A stretch of 61,349 bases of DNA, filler included. It is 6 parts of 6 records of this genome, joined end to end, with 100 filler letters (N's around TTAATTAATTAA, not from the genome) between each part and the next. Parts side by side here need not be neighbours in the genome. Positions count along the whole stretch, not along the records: positions 14,923 to 35,835 come from SRR20825010_3801; 5 more parts are not named here. One strand, written 5' to 3'. Position numbers and translations under genes: made by a program. Below, one piece after another: positions 18,935 to 27,840 of the stretch. The stretch's first letter is position 1, and each line of letters opens with the position of its first letter. The notes under the pieces were generated by a model, which saw only the letters and a program-made list of their open reading frames with translations, was not told the origin of the DNA and made no database searches.

Positions 18935-19614
18935 GCTGCAATCCTTTCAAGTGCCCAGCCGCCCCACTGGTCGGCGCAGGCGTCGGCCATGCCGGGAAAG
19001 AACCGGCTGCGTTCCTTTGCCCGTTCCGGGCCGGGTGGCATCCGGTGGACCCGGCACCATTTTTTCCATTCGTCGCTGCCGCGTTCGGGTTCTGGCAGTT
19101 TTTGGGTCGGTGTCAGGCACGGCAGGTTTTTGAGATACCAGCCGGTGTTTTTATATTCCGGGTGCCCGAAATGGTGGGGCTGCACCATCTGCGGGGCTGG
19201 CAGGTCATCGGGCATGTGGGCCTTTGCTATGTCGTGCATTTCCGGGTTCTCGATCGCGATGCGATCAACCGGCGCACGCCAGCAGGCCGTGAACAGGTCA
19301 ACCCCGTCCTTGAATTCCTGTTTCATGCTTTCCCATGTGCGACCGCGCGGCAGCTTTTTGGGTGGGGTCATGAAGCCCTCGCCCGAAAGCCAGCGCCGCC
19401 CGGCCCGGCAAAGGCGGGTGCAAGGCGGGTGGGCGACAATCAGCAAGTCCCAGCCGTCTGCCAGGATATCGCGAATGTCGCCCGTGATATGCTTGTTCGA
19501 TCGATCTTCGGCGGGAAGCAGATCGCACGACCATGCGTCGTGCCCGCGGGCAGCAAAGGCCCGGCGCACGGTGCCGGTAAACTCGCATCCTACGAGTACG
19601 CGCAGGGTTGTCAT
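18931..19614 (-). CDS. Short phage DNA cytosine-5 methyltransferase-like protein
   Basis: VLVGCEFTG, SCDLLP, AHPPCT (PC catalytic), IENP. Confidence 0.8.
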   Translation of the reverse strand: MTTLRVLVGCEFTGTVRRAFAARGHDAWSCDLLPAEDRSNKHITGDIRDILADGWDLLIVAHPPCTRLCRAGRRWLSGEGFMTPPKKLPRGRTWESMKQEFKDGVDLFTACWRAPVDRIAIENPEMHDIAKAHMPDDLPAPQMVQPHHFGHPEYKNTGWYLKNLPCLTPTQKLPEPERGSDEWKKWCRVHRMPPGPERAKERSRFFPGMADACADQWGGWALERIAA

Positions 19615-20138
19615 GCTGCCTGCTCCCGTTCTGCCAGCAGCAGATTAAGTTTTGCCTCGCTGATTTCTTCGCAGCCTTCGGGCACCGGCAGATCGGCGAT
19701 GATTTTCAACTGGTCCTTGACCGACGTTCCGAGCATGTTTTTGTCGGTCAGGAACAGGTAGAAAAGATCGTCCTTATAGCCAAGCTGGCAGCGGCAGGCC
19801 GTGTCGATACCCAGCCAAAGGGCGGGTTCGCTATTGCGGCGGTCATAGCCGGGGATGGGTGGCAGAATGCGAATTTCATCCCAGATATCCATGGCTGCTT
19901 TTTTTCGGCTGTCGCGTGAGGGGTGCCAGTATCCCTGCTTGCGGTCCCGTATCCATTCCGGGCCGGGTTTCCTTACTGCCGTGATGCCGATCAGCCGACC
20001 GTCAAGGCCGGACCAGAAACGGGTGCCGCCATATTTCTTGGCAAACTCGGTGGCGGCGTCAAAGCCGTATTCGTGCCGTGCGCGATAGTCGTTGGCCCTG
20101 TCGAGCATCGGCCCAGATTTGATCATGAAATAGCGCAT
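19611..20138 (-). CDS. Hypothetical phage protein
   Basis: TGATG/ATGA coupling on both sides; start MRYFMIK. Confidence 0.7.
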   Translation of the reverse strand: MRYFMIKSGPMLDRANDYRARHEYGFDAATEFAKKYGGTRFWSGLDGRLIGITAVRKPGPEWIRDRKQGYWHPSRDSRKKAAMDIWDEIRILPPIPGYDRRNSEPALWLGIDTACRCQLGYKDDLFYLFLTDKNMLGTSVKDQLKIIADLPVPEGCEEISEAKLNLLLAEREQAA

Positions 20139-20551
20139 CACGCATTCCCCCGCGCAATCCGGTCCGGGAAGGTGCATTGGGTGATGTGGACCCATGCGCT
20201 TTCGCGGTCTTTGGTGGTGGCGTGGAACTGGAAATCGACCAGGATGCGACCGCCGGGAAGGGCGGCAACGCAGGTGGCGGGGCGGATCATGCCGCGATGC
20301 TGGTGCGGGTGGCCTGCCGGGTCCATCACCACGACGTTAAGCCGTTCGCCCATGGTCGGCAGGGCGTTGTCGGCATGGTCGGCAAGGATTTTTGCCATGC
20401 GGGCGCGGCGGGGGTCGCACAGGATATCGTCGGGCGTGTGAAGGCGAAGCGGGCCTGGGGTGGTGTCGTTGGCTGCGTCGCGAAGGGCCGCGATCTGATC
20501 GTCGCTAAAGGCTGATGCGGCGATGGTGAAAGGCTGAAGTCTGGTAACCAT
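20138..20551 (-). CDS. Hypothetical phage protein
   Basis: AAGGA upstream; coupled to the next gene. Confidence 0.65.
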   Translation of the reverse strand: MVTRLQPFTIAASAFSDDQIAALRDAANDTTPGPLRLHTPDDILCDPRRARMAKILADHADNALPTMGERLNVVVMDPAGHPHQHRGMIRPATCVAALPGGRILVDFQFHATTKDRESAWVHITQCTFPDRIARGNA

Positions 20552-20654
20552 GGGGTCGGTTCCTTTTCTGACTGGCTGATCCTTGCGGCCTGCTGCCCGA
20601 TCGCAATCGCGATCAGGGCGCAGGCGGTGAATTTCGCAAGGGGCAGGATCGGGT

Positions 20655-21845
20655 TCATGCGGCGAAGGTGCCGGACTTCACCAATTCGCTTTCGGCGGTC
20701 CGGTTTTCGTTGGCGGATACGGTTGGAAAGGCGTTGTGTTCGACGCCGTCCAGCAGGCGTCCGGCGGCTTTTTTGCCGACCTTCTGGAATACGGCATGTG
20801 ATTCGCCGTCCGAAACAAATGACAACCCATCATTCCAATTGGGATCGCTTTCCATTTCGCTAGGAAACAGGTTGTGGCCGTCCACGTATGCATCATTTTG
20901 TGACAGCCAGAACGGAGCGTCGGCAGATTCCCATGGCAACCATGCGCCCCACTGCTTAAAGAAGAACGGCACGCTCGCCGCCTTGCATTGATCGCGTAGA
21001 GATCGCGCCCAGTCCGGGTGCATCGTGCGGGCCTTGTGGCCGCTTTCGCCGCCGCAGATGACCCAGTCGATGGTCGCGCCCTTGAAGGCTTCGTCATCTT
21101 CGATATCGAGACCTTCGTTATCGAGGCAATTGAAGCTCCATTCGCCGGTCGGGAGATCGGCAATGATAAGGTTATCCAGTTCCACAGGGCCAAGCAGCGG
21201 CTCCGCGCTGATAAAGCGCACCGCTGCCGGTGTGGTCAACAGGGTCGGGATGCGTTCAATGGCGGTTGCCTGATCCTCGGCACTGGTGCCGATCCAGACA
21301 TTCGGCAGGGGCAGATGAACCGCCAGCCACATCGAAGGATCTTCGCGGGTTCGTTCAAAGTGGATGCGCTGCGCGGCCCCTTCAATCATGGCATCGCGGA
21401 AACCTTCCAGCCTGCCACCGTCGTTATTGTCGATCGATGTCATGTATTGCCGGGTGGCTTCGATCCGTTTTGTCAGAACGATAAAGGTGTGCTGCGGGCA
21501 AAGGGCTGCGATGGCAAAGATATCGTCAATCCATTCGTCGCAGTGTCCCTCGTAAAACAGGTCCGTCATGCTGCACACAAAGATCGTGCGCGGTTTTTTC
21601 CACATCAAAGGCTGCCGGACCACGATAGCGTCAAGGAAGATTTCGACCTGATCGGCATCCTGTGCGGCATAGCGCACCGGGTTTTTGAACCGCTTCTGGA
21701 AGTCGGCGGCGTAACAGTTCTGGCAGCCTGCGCTGACTTTGGTGCAGAAATGGCCGGTGCCGCCGGTTGCCTTGTTCCGCGCCCGGATCGGGTTCCATGT
21801 CTCGCCCTTTGTGCCGGGGCGCTGGGTCCATTCTATTTTGGTCAT
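20655..21845 (-). CDS. Phage Gp37/Gp68 (DUF5131) family protein
   Basis: TKIEWT, TWNP, CTKVSAGCQNCYA, IFVCSMTDLF, LTKR, PNVWIG, SAEPLLG, WVICGGESG, PFFFKQWG. Confidence 0.92.
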   Translation of the reverse strand: MTKIEWTQRPGTKGETWNPIRARNKATGGTGHFCTKVSAGCQNCYAADFQKRFKNPVRYAAQDADQVEIFLDAIVVRQPLMWKKPRTIFVCSMTDLFYEGHCDEWIDDIFAIAALCPQHTFIVLTKRIEATRQYMTSIDNNDGGRLEGFRDAMIEGAAQRIHFERTREDPSMWLAVHLPLPNVWIGTSAEDQATAIERIPTLLTTPAAVRFISAEPLLGPVELDNLIIADLPTGEWSFNCLDNEGLDIEDDEAFKGATIDWVICGGESGHKARTMHPDWARSLRDQCKAASVPFFFKQWGAWLPWESADAPFWLSQNDAYVDGHNLFPSEMESDPNWNDGLSFVSDGESHAVFQKVGKKAAGRLLDGVEHNAFPTVSANENRTAESELVKSGTFAA

Positions 21846-21856
21846 GATGGTTCCTT

Positions 21857-22594
21857 TCACGCCGCCGCAATCAGCCGGGCCATGCGGAGGCTGTTGCCGG
21901 TCAGTTCGGTTGCGGCGGGCTGGGTGATGCCGATGGCGCGGTTCATCGCGTTGGCGATGCGGGTGGCGTAAAACAGGGTGGCATAGGGGCCGATCAGGGA
22001 ATCCATGCGGGTTGATCCCGGTTTGTGTTCGGCGCACCAGGCGATATGCACGGTTTCGCCTGCATCATTTGCCGCGTTGTCGGCGGTTGGCCGGGTGGTT
22101 TCGACGCAAAAGGCGATGCGCGACGGTGTGCAATCGCGGATCTGATGGGCCCTGAAGGTTTCGTGGCCGAACAGTATCCGGTCGATCTTCTTCTGCAGAA
22201 CCACGATATCGCTTGCGATCAGAAGCGGGTTGAAGCCCGCCCCGCATTCGGCGATCTGCTTGCGCCAGCGGGTGGCGTTGCTGATGACCAGGTTGATCGC
22301 TTTGGCTTTGTCACTTTTGAAATCATCTGGATAATCGCCAACGGTCGCCTCGTCGGCGAGGGCAAAGAAATCGCCCAGCGCACGGGTATGCGCGTTGCGA
22401 TCAGACACTTGATCCTGATGATTGCGCAGGCAATCAAGCTGATCAATCACGCTGGCCAGCCAGTCGGTTCTGGCAAGCTGTTCGCGGGCGGTTGCGCGAT
22501 CTTCATCGGATGCGCAACCCTGTTCATGGGCCGCCGCGTAGGCCAGAAAGTTCTGGCGCGCGACCTGATAGGCGGTTTCGTGTGGTTTGAACAT
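21857..22594 (-). CDS. Hypothetical phage protein
   Basis: AAAGGA before ATG 22594; 245 aa. Confidence 0.7.
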   Translation of the reverse strand: MFKPHETAYQVARQNFLAYAAAHEQGCASDEDRATAREQLARTDWLASVIDQLDCLRNHQDQVSDRNAHTRALGDFFALADEATVGDYPDDFKSDKAKAINLVISNATRWRKQIAECGAGFNPLLIASDIVVLQKKIDRILFGHETFRAHQIRDCTPSRIAFCVETTRPTADNAANDAGETVHIAWCAEHKPGSTRMDSLIGPYATLFYATRIANAMNRAIGITQPAATELTGNSLRMARLIAAA

Positions 22595-22610
22595 GGGGGT
22601 TCCTTTCAGG

Positions 22611-23165
22611 TCATGCGGCGTTGGCGACCGGCAGGTCGAGGGCCTTGTTAAGGTCCTGGGTGATGGTCGCGGGGAGTTGAGCCTTGGCCGGTTCTGGCGG
22701 CAGGAAGGGTTCAACCTCGGGCCAGATTTCAAGCAGGCGCTTGGATGAACCAACGCTTTTCAAAACGGCTTCGGCCTTGGCTGCTGCCTGCGATTTCCGT
22801 TCCTTCAAATCCTTGCGGGCGTTTTCCAGTGCGGTCCATTCAAGGGTAAAGGCGTGTTGCGCGTCGTACGCTGTGCCGCGCATGGTCGATCCGCTATAGC
22901 GGTCGATATAGAAGCAGCGCCGTTCGCTGGAAAATTTCAACGTGTCCCGGCACCCGGCGAAGTTGACAAAGGTATCGCGCGTGACCGGCAAAGCGCCGTC
23001 CGGCATGCTGTTCATCAGTTTGCGTGTCGTCGGTCCGTAATAGTCGCAATAGAGTTTGTCGGCGAGCGCGGTTTCCTGCTGCTCAATGGCTTCCTGATCG
23101 GCTGCGAATCGGTGCTTTATCAGGGCTTTGATGATGTTGTCACGGATTTCGTTTGAGAGTTTCAT
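22611..23165 (-). CDS. Nmad5-like (nucleotide-modification-associated domain 5) protein
   Basis: MKLSNEIRDNI N-terminus and L.SV.S.KRLLEIWPE...LP...LN.AL.LP C-terminus, recalled as the Nmad5 pattern. Confidence 0.7.
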   Translation of the reverse strand: MKLSNEIRDNIIKALIKHRFAADQEAIEQQETALADKLYCDYYGPTTRKLMNSMPDGALPVTRDTFVNFAGCRDTLKFSSERRCFYIDRYSGSTMRGTAYDAQHAFTLEWTALENARKDLKERKSQAAAKAEAVLKSVGSSKRLLEIWPEVEPFLPPEPAKAQLPATITQDLNKALDLPVANAA

Positions 23166-23295
23166 GGTTGGTTCCAATCTGGTCTATGGAAACGTCACTT
23201 AGCGCAATTCTGCGGTGAGTGAATTGGTTGTGGCGAAGATCACCACCGGCGCAATTTTGCGCCGGTGCTCCCCTTAAAATTGAGGGCAGTGCGGG

Positions 23296-24084
23296 TCATT
23301 TAACCTCCGCAATGGCGGGTTTGATGATGGTGGCAAGGCGGGTCAGACCCTTGGCCGTGATGCGCACCTGTTCGGTCACCTTTTCCGAGCCGTCGCCGCG
23401 CCAGACCGTTGTCGTCTTGTGTTCCAGAAGGCCCTGCGCGGTTTTCGACTGGTAGCCAAGCCATGCGGCGGAGCCGGGCCGCTTATAGGTCCAGCCATTT
23501 TGCGCCAGCCATGCAAACAGGTCCTTGGGCCGCATCTGCAGGACCTTGGCGGCGTTGGTGATGCACATGGTGCCATCGGCCTGCGCGATGCGGTCGAGTG
23601 CATCCAGCTTTGGTTTGGCTTCCTCGATCTGATGTTCGAGTGCGATGACCTTTTCGGAATAGGTCAGAAGCAGGCCGCGCAATGCGGTCGGATCATTAAG
23701 CTGCTGGTGGATGTCGGTCGGGCTGGTGGTGGTGCCTTCCATCCGTTCGCGAACAACGGTGTTGCACCACATATGGAATTCCGGCGACAGGTACTTGGCA
23801 TAGGCCATGCCGACCTGCCAGTGGGCTGCCGTCGTTCCGGTTCTGCCCTTGCCGATCTCTAAAAGGTGGGAAATTTCCACATTTAAACTGTCAGCCAAGA
23901 ACAAGCAGAATTTTTGCGCATCTGCCGAACGAAGCCATTCCGCCGGTTTACGGGATGGGTCGCTGTCCGCAGCGCGCCACATATCTGTCAGGTTCAGTTT
24001 GTCGTCATTAACCCGAATCGCCGCCCCGTTGTAAGACAGTGTGGTAGCGGAGTTGTCATTGAAGGCTTGAAGTTGTGCATTCAT
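23296..24084 (-). CDS. Antirepressor: KilA-N + ANT/KilAC domains
   Basis: LNLTDMWRA, P.EWLR, YAKYLSPEFH (KilA-N); AKPK..A.DRIA.ADG, AAKVL, DLFAWL, QVRITAKGL (KilAC). Confidence 0.92.
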   Translation of the reverse strand: MNAQLQAFNDNSATTLSYNGAAIRVNDDKLNLTDMWRAADSDPSRKPAEWLRSADAQKFCLFLADSLNVEISHLLEIGKGRTGTTAAHWQVGMAYAKYLSPEFHMWCNTVVRERMEGTTTSPTDIHQQLNDPTALRGLLLTYSEKVIALEHQIEEAKPKLDALDRIAQADGTMCITNAAKVLQMRPKDLFAWLAQNGWTYKRPGSAAWLGYQSKTAQGLLEHKTTTVWRGDGSEKVTEQVRITAKGLTRLATIIKPAIAEVK

Positions 24085-24236
24085 CGCAAAAGCGCCCTTT
24101 GCTGTATTGAACGGGCAAAGGGTGTCGTTAATATTCGTAATTGTCAACGATTAATTAGGATAAAATAACGAATAATAACGGCAGAAAACTGCGCTCAGTG
24201 TCGGAATATCCGATCTTGACTATCTGTTGAGCTAGT

Positions 24237-24261
24237 AAAAGGTCGGGGAATCCGACCTTTT
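24237..24261. terminator. Terminator hairpin at the repressor stop codon
   Basis: AAAAGGTCGG-GGAAT-CCGACCTTTT. Confidence 0.75.
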
Positions 24262-24928
24262 ACGCCGGATAGATGGCGACAATGCGGGCGACGTTGACGA
24301 TGGCGTCGGCTGGTATTGTGATCTTTTTGCCTTCGTTGCTGTAAATCGTGCCGGTGAAACCGTGTTCGTGGCTGTTTTCAAGGCACCGCATCAGGTGTAT
24401 TTCGCCGTCGGTGTCATGGATGGCTGCATCGTCGCCCGGTGCTACGGGGTCATCGGGCGAACATAAAACGGTTTCGCGCATTCTCAGTCGGGGCATGTTA
24501 AGTGTGTTGGCGACCCTTACGGCATAGACATTGCCGGACAGTGTCATGTTCTGCGGTGCCTCGACATAGGCAATCGGAAAGATTGTGGCGATCACCCGCC
24601 CGTTTTGCGCCCTGCCGACCACGGGAACCGCACCGCCAAACATTGGCGGTTCTGCCGATGGTACGCCCGATGATGCGGCAATGCTTGCGGGCGGCGGCGA
24701 CGAAAATCGTTGCGCGGTTTCCCCGAAAATATCAGACAGTTTGGCGTGCTGCGTCTGCGCGATTTTGAGTTTGTTTTCCATGCGCAGGTCACGGGTTTTG
24801 CCGTTCTTGTAATGTCGCAATGCCGATTCATTAATGCCCGCGCGTTTGGCTACCGCCAGTGTGCTTTGCCCGGTTCTTTCCAGCCATCTGTTGAAGCTTT
24901 GGCGCTGGTCTTCAATCGGATCTGTCAT
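24260..24928 (-). CDS. CI-like repressor: XRE HTH + degenerate S24 domain
   Basis: HTH LAVAKRAGINESALRHYKNG; VPVVG, YAVRV, PGDD, ARIV S24 scaffold; AGGAG before ATG 24928; divergent from the Cro-like gene. Confidence 0.85.
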   Translation of the reverse strand: MTDPIEDQRQSFNRWLERTGQSTLAVAKRAGINESALRHYKNGKTRDLRMENKLKIAQTQHAKLSDIFGETAQRFSSPPPASIAASSGVPSAEPPMFGGAVPVVGRAQNGRVIATIFPIAYVEAPQNMTLSGNVYAVRVANTLNMPRLRMRETVLCSPDDPVAPGDDAAIHDTDGEIHLMRCLENSHEHGFTGTIYSNEGKKITIPADAIVNVARIVAIYPA

Positions 24929-25007
24929 TTTCTCCTGCTCCAAATGTCCTGCTGTTTCTTGGTTTTCGGCATTGTGCGCGCAACAGGTTCGCATTGTTAT
25001 CGGCAAA

Positions 25008-25060
25008 TAGTACGAATTATCGTTGACAATAGTTATAAATGCCGAATATGTTGGGTTCAT
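25008..25060 (+). promoter_or_regulatory. Candidate PR promoter/operator; mirror element (PL) at ~24125-24160 on the minus strand
   Basis: Both AT-rich regions contain ATCGTTGACAAT (perfect TTGACA -35) and TACGAAT. Confidence 0.6.
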
Positions 25061-25084
25061 CATCAGAAGAAAAGGCAGTGAACA

Positions 25085-25345
25085 ATGTCGATTGATGCAA
25101 ATCTGAACCGTATCCGGGCATGGCGGCATCACAAGGGCTTTGCGATTTATCGACTGGCCACGATGGCTGGTGTCAATGAGGCCGCAATTCGCAAGATTGA
25201 CAGCCCGGAATGGAACCCGACCGCCAATACAATTCGCAAATTTGAGGCCGTTATCCCCGCCGATTTCATGATGGCGGCGAATGATACCGGTGCCCCGTCG
25301 GCCGCCAAGGCCGACCGGGGTGACGATCAGACCAAGGCGGCCTAG
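25085..25345 (+). CDS. Cro-like HTH protein
   Basis: LATMAGVNEAAIR...WNPTANTIRK; divergent from the repressor. Confidence 0.85.
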   Translation: MSIDANLNRIRAWRHHKGFAIYRLATMAGVNEAAIRKIDSPEWNPTANTIRKFEAVIPADFMMAANDTGAPSAAKADRGDDQTKAA

Positions 25346-25392
25346 CGGGCTACCGACAGCATTTAAGTTCTCATACAACGGGAAATTGTTTT

Positions 25393-25893
25393 ATGGCGAA
25401 TACACCCCCAATTGCCCATGAAGCGGTACAGTCGGTTTTTACCGGCGCGTTCCGCCGCCATGTCGGCACCTATGATGCGGAAAACAAGGCGATCACGCTT
25501 AAGGCTTTGTCAAAGGGTGGTGTGATCAAGCCCCGGACGCTTGAATGTTATCGCGATGGTGAAAGCCTGCCGGGCATGGTCAATTTCCTGACGATTGCAA
25601 ATTTTCTGCCCGCCACGTTTTCCAATGAAATCCTTGCGCTGGCCGGGCTTGGCAAGGCGGAAAAGCTTTCGCCCGGTGCTGTCACCATTCATCAGGCGAT
25701 GGCGCATGCCGCGGAGGTTCTTGCACAACATTCGCAGCATATGGCCGATGGCATCCTTGACCATCGCGAGGCCAAGCAGGACCTTGAGGCGATGATCAAT
25801 CTGCTGGAAACCCTGCAGAATGCCGTCGCGGTCATCAGCAATGTTCATGCATTTCCATCATCGCGATCCAAGCTGGTAGGGGGTGCGGCATGA
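25393..25893 (+). CDS. CII-like regulator
   Basis: Position after cro; HTH-like N-half; ADGILDHRE motif. Confidence 0.65.
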   Translation: MANTPPIAHEAVQSVFTGAFRRHVGTYDAENKAITLKALSKGGVIKPRTLECYRDGESLPGMVNFLTIANFLPATFSNEILALAGLGKAEKLSPGAVTIHQAMAHAAEVLAQHSQHMADGILDHREAKQDLEAMINLLETLQNAVAVISNVHAFPSSRSKLVGGAA

Positions 25894-26135
25894 GCAACCC
25901 CGTCAAAAACGATCCCTATCAGGAACTGATCGATGCCGCGCGCGGTTTGCTGATTGATCTTCTGGCGCGTGCGCCGCAGGAAGCCTTGGCGGGGATGACC
26001 CCGGAGGCGGTTCTGACGGCCCTATGCAATCTGAGCCCGGCGGATGCCGAAAAGGCGATCAATGATCAGCCGGAAGGGGCTGCCAGCGTCCGGCTGGCGC
26101 AGGCGATCAGGCGGGCGGAAAGGGCAAAGCCATGA
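25890..26135 (+). CDS. Hypothetical phage protein
   Basis: ATGA overlaps at both ends. Confidence 0.65.
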   Translation: MSNPVKNDPYQELIDAARGLLIDLLARAPQEALAGMTPEAVLTALCNLSPADAEKAINDQPEGAASVRLAQAIRRAERAKP

Positions 26136-26791
26136 CCGCGATGCGCAAACCCGTCCTGCCTTTGGCGCATGTGCCGGTGCCATCCAACGATGTGTTGCCG
26201 CGCGCAACCATGTCGCTTCCGGCGGTAAAGCAACAGATCGGTTTCGGGGGCCGTCGGCGTAATCTGCCGGTCACGGTCGAGGCCAAGCGACCGCGCCGGA
26301 TCAATGAAATTGACTGTGCCGAAAAGGCGTTTTTCCCGCAGCTGATCTGGTCGATCTATCTGTCCTATGACCAGGACGATGCCGAGAATCGCGCGATTGT
26401 TGCGGCGATGATGGCGGATTTGCAGGTCTGGGCCGATCTGATGCTGCCCGGCCAGTGGTGGGACTTCAAACGCGAGGCCAACCGGGCGGTGATGGCGGCC
26501 CTTGAACCGATGTTCGACAAGAATGCCGGGGGCTGGCAATCGATCAAGGTTCTGATGGTGTCCCTGTTGCTGGTCAAATGGGTCGATACCCATGCGCCCG
26601 AACCGATGTTCACCACCGATTTCGCGCGGCATATCGCCGCCATCGCGGCCCATCTGGACCGGATGTATGGCGATGAATGCGATGCGGTCGAGCCATCGGC
26701 GCACAAGATGCTGGGCAAGGTGATCGCACGGGTCAAGCAATGCGGCCTGTTCAAATGGCTGCCGGATTATCGGAGTGACGATCATGGCTGA
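26132..26791 (+). CDS. Hypothetical phage protein
   Basis: 219 aa, ATGA-coupled. Confidence 0.7.
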   Translation: MTAMRKPVLPLAHVPVPSNDVLPRATMSLPAVKQQIGFGGRRRNLPVTVEAKRPRRINEIDCAEKAFFPQLIWSIYLSYDQDDAENRAIVAAMMADLQVWADLMLPGQWWDFKREANRAVMAALEPMFDKNAGGWQSIKVLMVSLLLVKWVDTHAPEPMFTTDFARHIAAIAAHLDRMYGDECDAVEPSAHKMLGKVIARVKQCGLFKWLPDYRSDDHG

Positions 26792-26984
26792 ACCGCTTGT
26801 TGCGCAATACCGGAACTGGCGGGGCGAGGTTTCGCAGCGCCGCATCACGCCGGAGCGTATCTTTTTCGGGGCCAATAACTGGCACAGGGAGCCGCAATGG
26901 CTGATCGAAGCCTATGACCATGACAAACAGGCCAAGCGCATCTTTGCCTTTGCCGGTTTCATCGATCTTGACGGGGGTGTGTGA
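26784..26984 (+). CDS. Stand-alone WYL-like domain protein
   Basis: YRNWRGEVSQRRITP...WLIEAYD..K.A.R.F matches the WYL fold pattern Y....G....R.I.P...WyL.a.c..r...R.F. Confidence 0.7.
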   Translation: MAEPLVAQYRNWRGEVSQRRITPERIFFGANNWHREPQWLIEAYDHDKQAKRIFAFAGFIDLDGGV

Positions 26985-27838
26985 TGGTGGCCCTTGGTGC
27001 AGCGATGGTTGGCGGGCGGAAAAAATCGCTTACGGTTGTCGGCAACAAACTTATCGAGCCTGTTCGCGACCGGCAGGAAAATGATTTCTATCCGACGCCG
27101 CCCGAAGTGTTCGAGGCGCTGTTTCGCCGGATGCCGCACCTTAAAGGCAAACGCATCTGGGACCCGGAATGCGGTGATGGCGTTCCGGCGCGGGTGATGG
27201 AAAGCCATGGCTGCAAGGTGATCGGGACGGATCTGATTGATCGGGGATATGGCACCGGCGGGGTCAATTTCCTGTCGGTCATGCGGCCGCGCGGATCGAT
27301 CATCATCACCAATCCGGCCTATGACGATGATCACCCGGCGGCGTTCATCGAACATGCGATGCGCATGCATGTTGCCGAGGTCTGGCTGTTGCTGAAATCG
27401 ACCTATTTCCACGCAGCCAACCGGCTTGGCCTGTATCGCCGCCATCGTCCGCACTGGAAGCTTGAGCTGACCTGGCGGCCCGATTTCCTTGGGATAGGTC
27501 GCCCGACGATGGAATGCGCTTGGTTTGGCTGGGATCGGGACTGGACCCGGGCGGAAACCCTGCATGACCTGCTGGCGAAACCTTCGATGGATAACCTTGA
27601 TCTGTTCATGCCGGCACCCGGTGCGCGGGTGGTGAATTACCGCAACGATAATGATGCCTGCGGCGCGCCATCGCTGTTTGATTCTGATGATGCAGGGGAT
27701 GAATTGGGGCTTTTGCGGTGCGGGGCATGTGGCGAGGAATTCCACGACAAATATGCGACCGGCATTGGCACATTGGCCCCTGCGGAATGCCCGCGATGTG
27801 GCGAGGAAAAGGACATCATGCAGATAGATGATTTGTAA
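26981..27838 (+). CDS. Amino (N6-A/N4-C) DNA methyltransferase-like protein with C-terminal Zn ribbon
   Basis: DFYPTP, WDPECGDG, IITNPAY, AWFGW; CGACG...CPRCG tail. Confidence 0.78.
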   Translation: MMVALGAAMVGGRKKSLTVVGNKLIEPVRDRQENDFYPTPPEVFEALFRRMPHLKGKRIWDPECGDGVPARVMESHGCKVIGTDLIDRGYGTGGVNFLSVMRPRGSIIITNPAYDDDHPAAFIEHAMRMHVAEVWLLLKSTYFHAANRLGLYRRHRPHWKLELTWRPDFLGIGRPTMECAWFGWDRDWTRAETLHDLLAKPSMDNLDLFMPAPGARVVNYRNDNDACGAPSLFDSDDAGDELGLLRCGACGEEFHDKYATGIGTLAPAECPRCGEEKDIMQIDDL

Positions 27839-27840
27839 GG

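Noticed and set aside
24929-25378. N-terminal extension of the 372-aa repressor ORF
   Set aside because: Overlaps cro on the opposite strand and the promoter region; the SD supports ATG 24928
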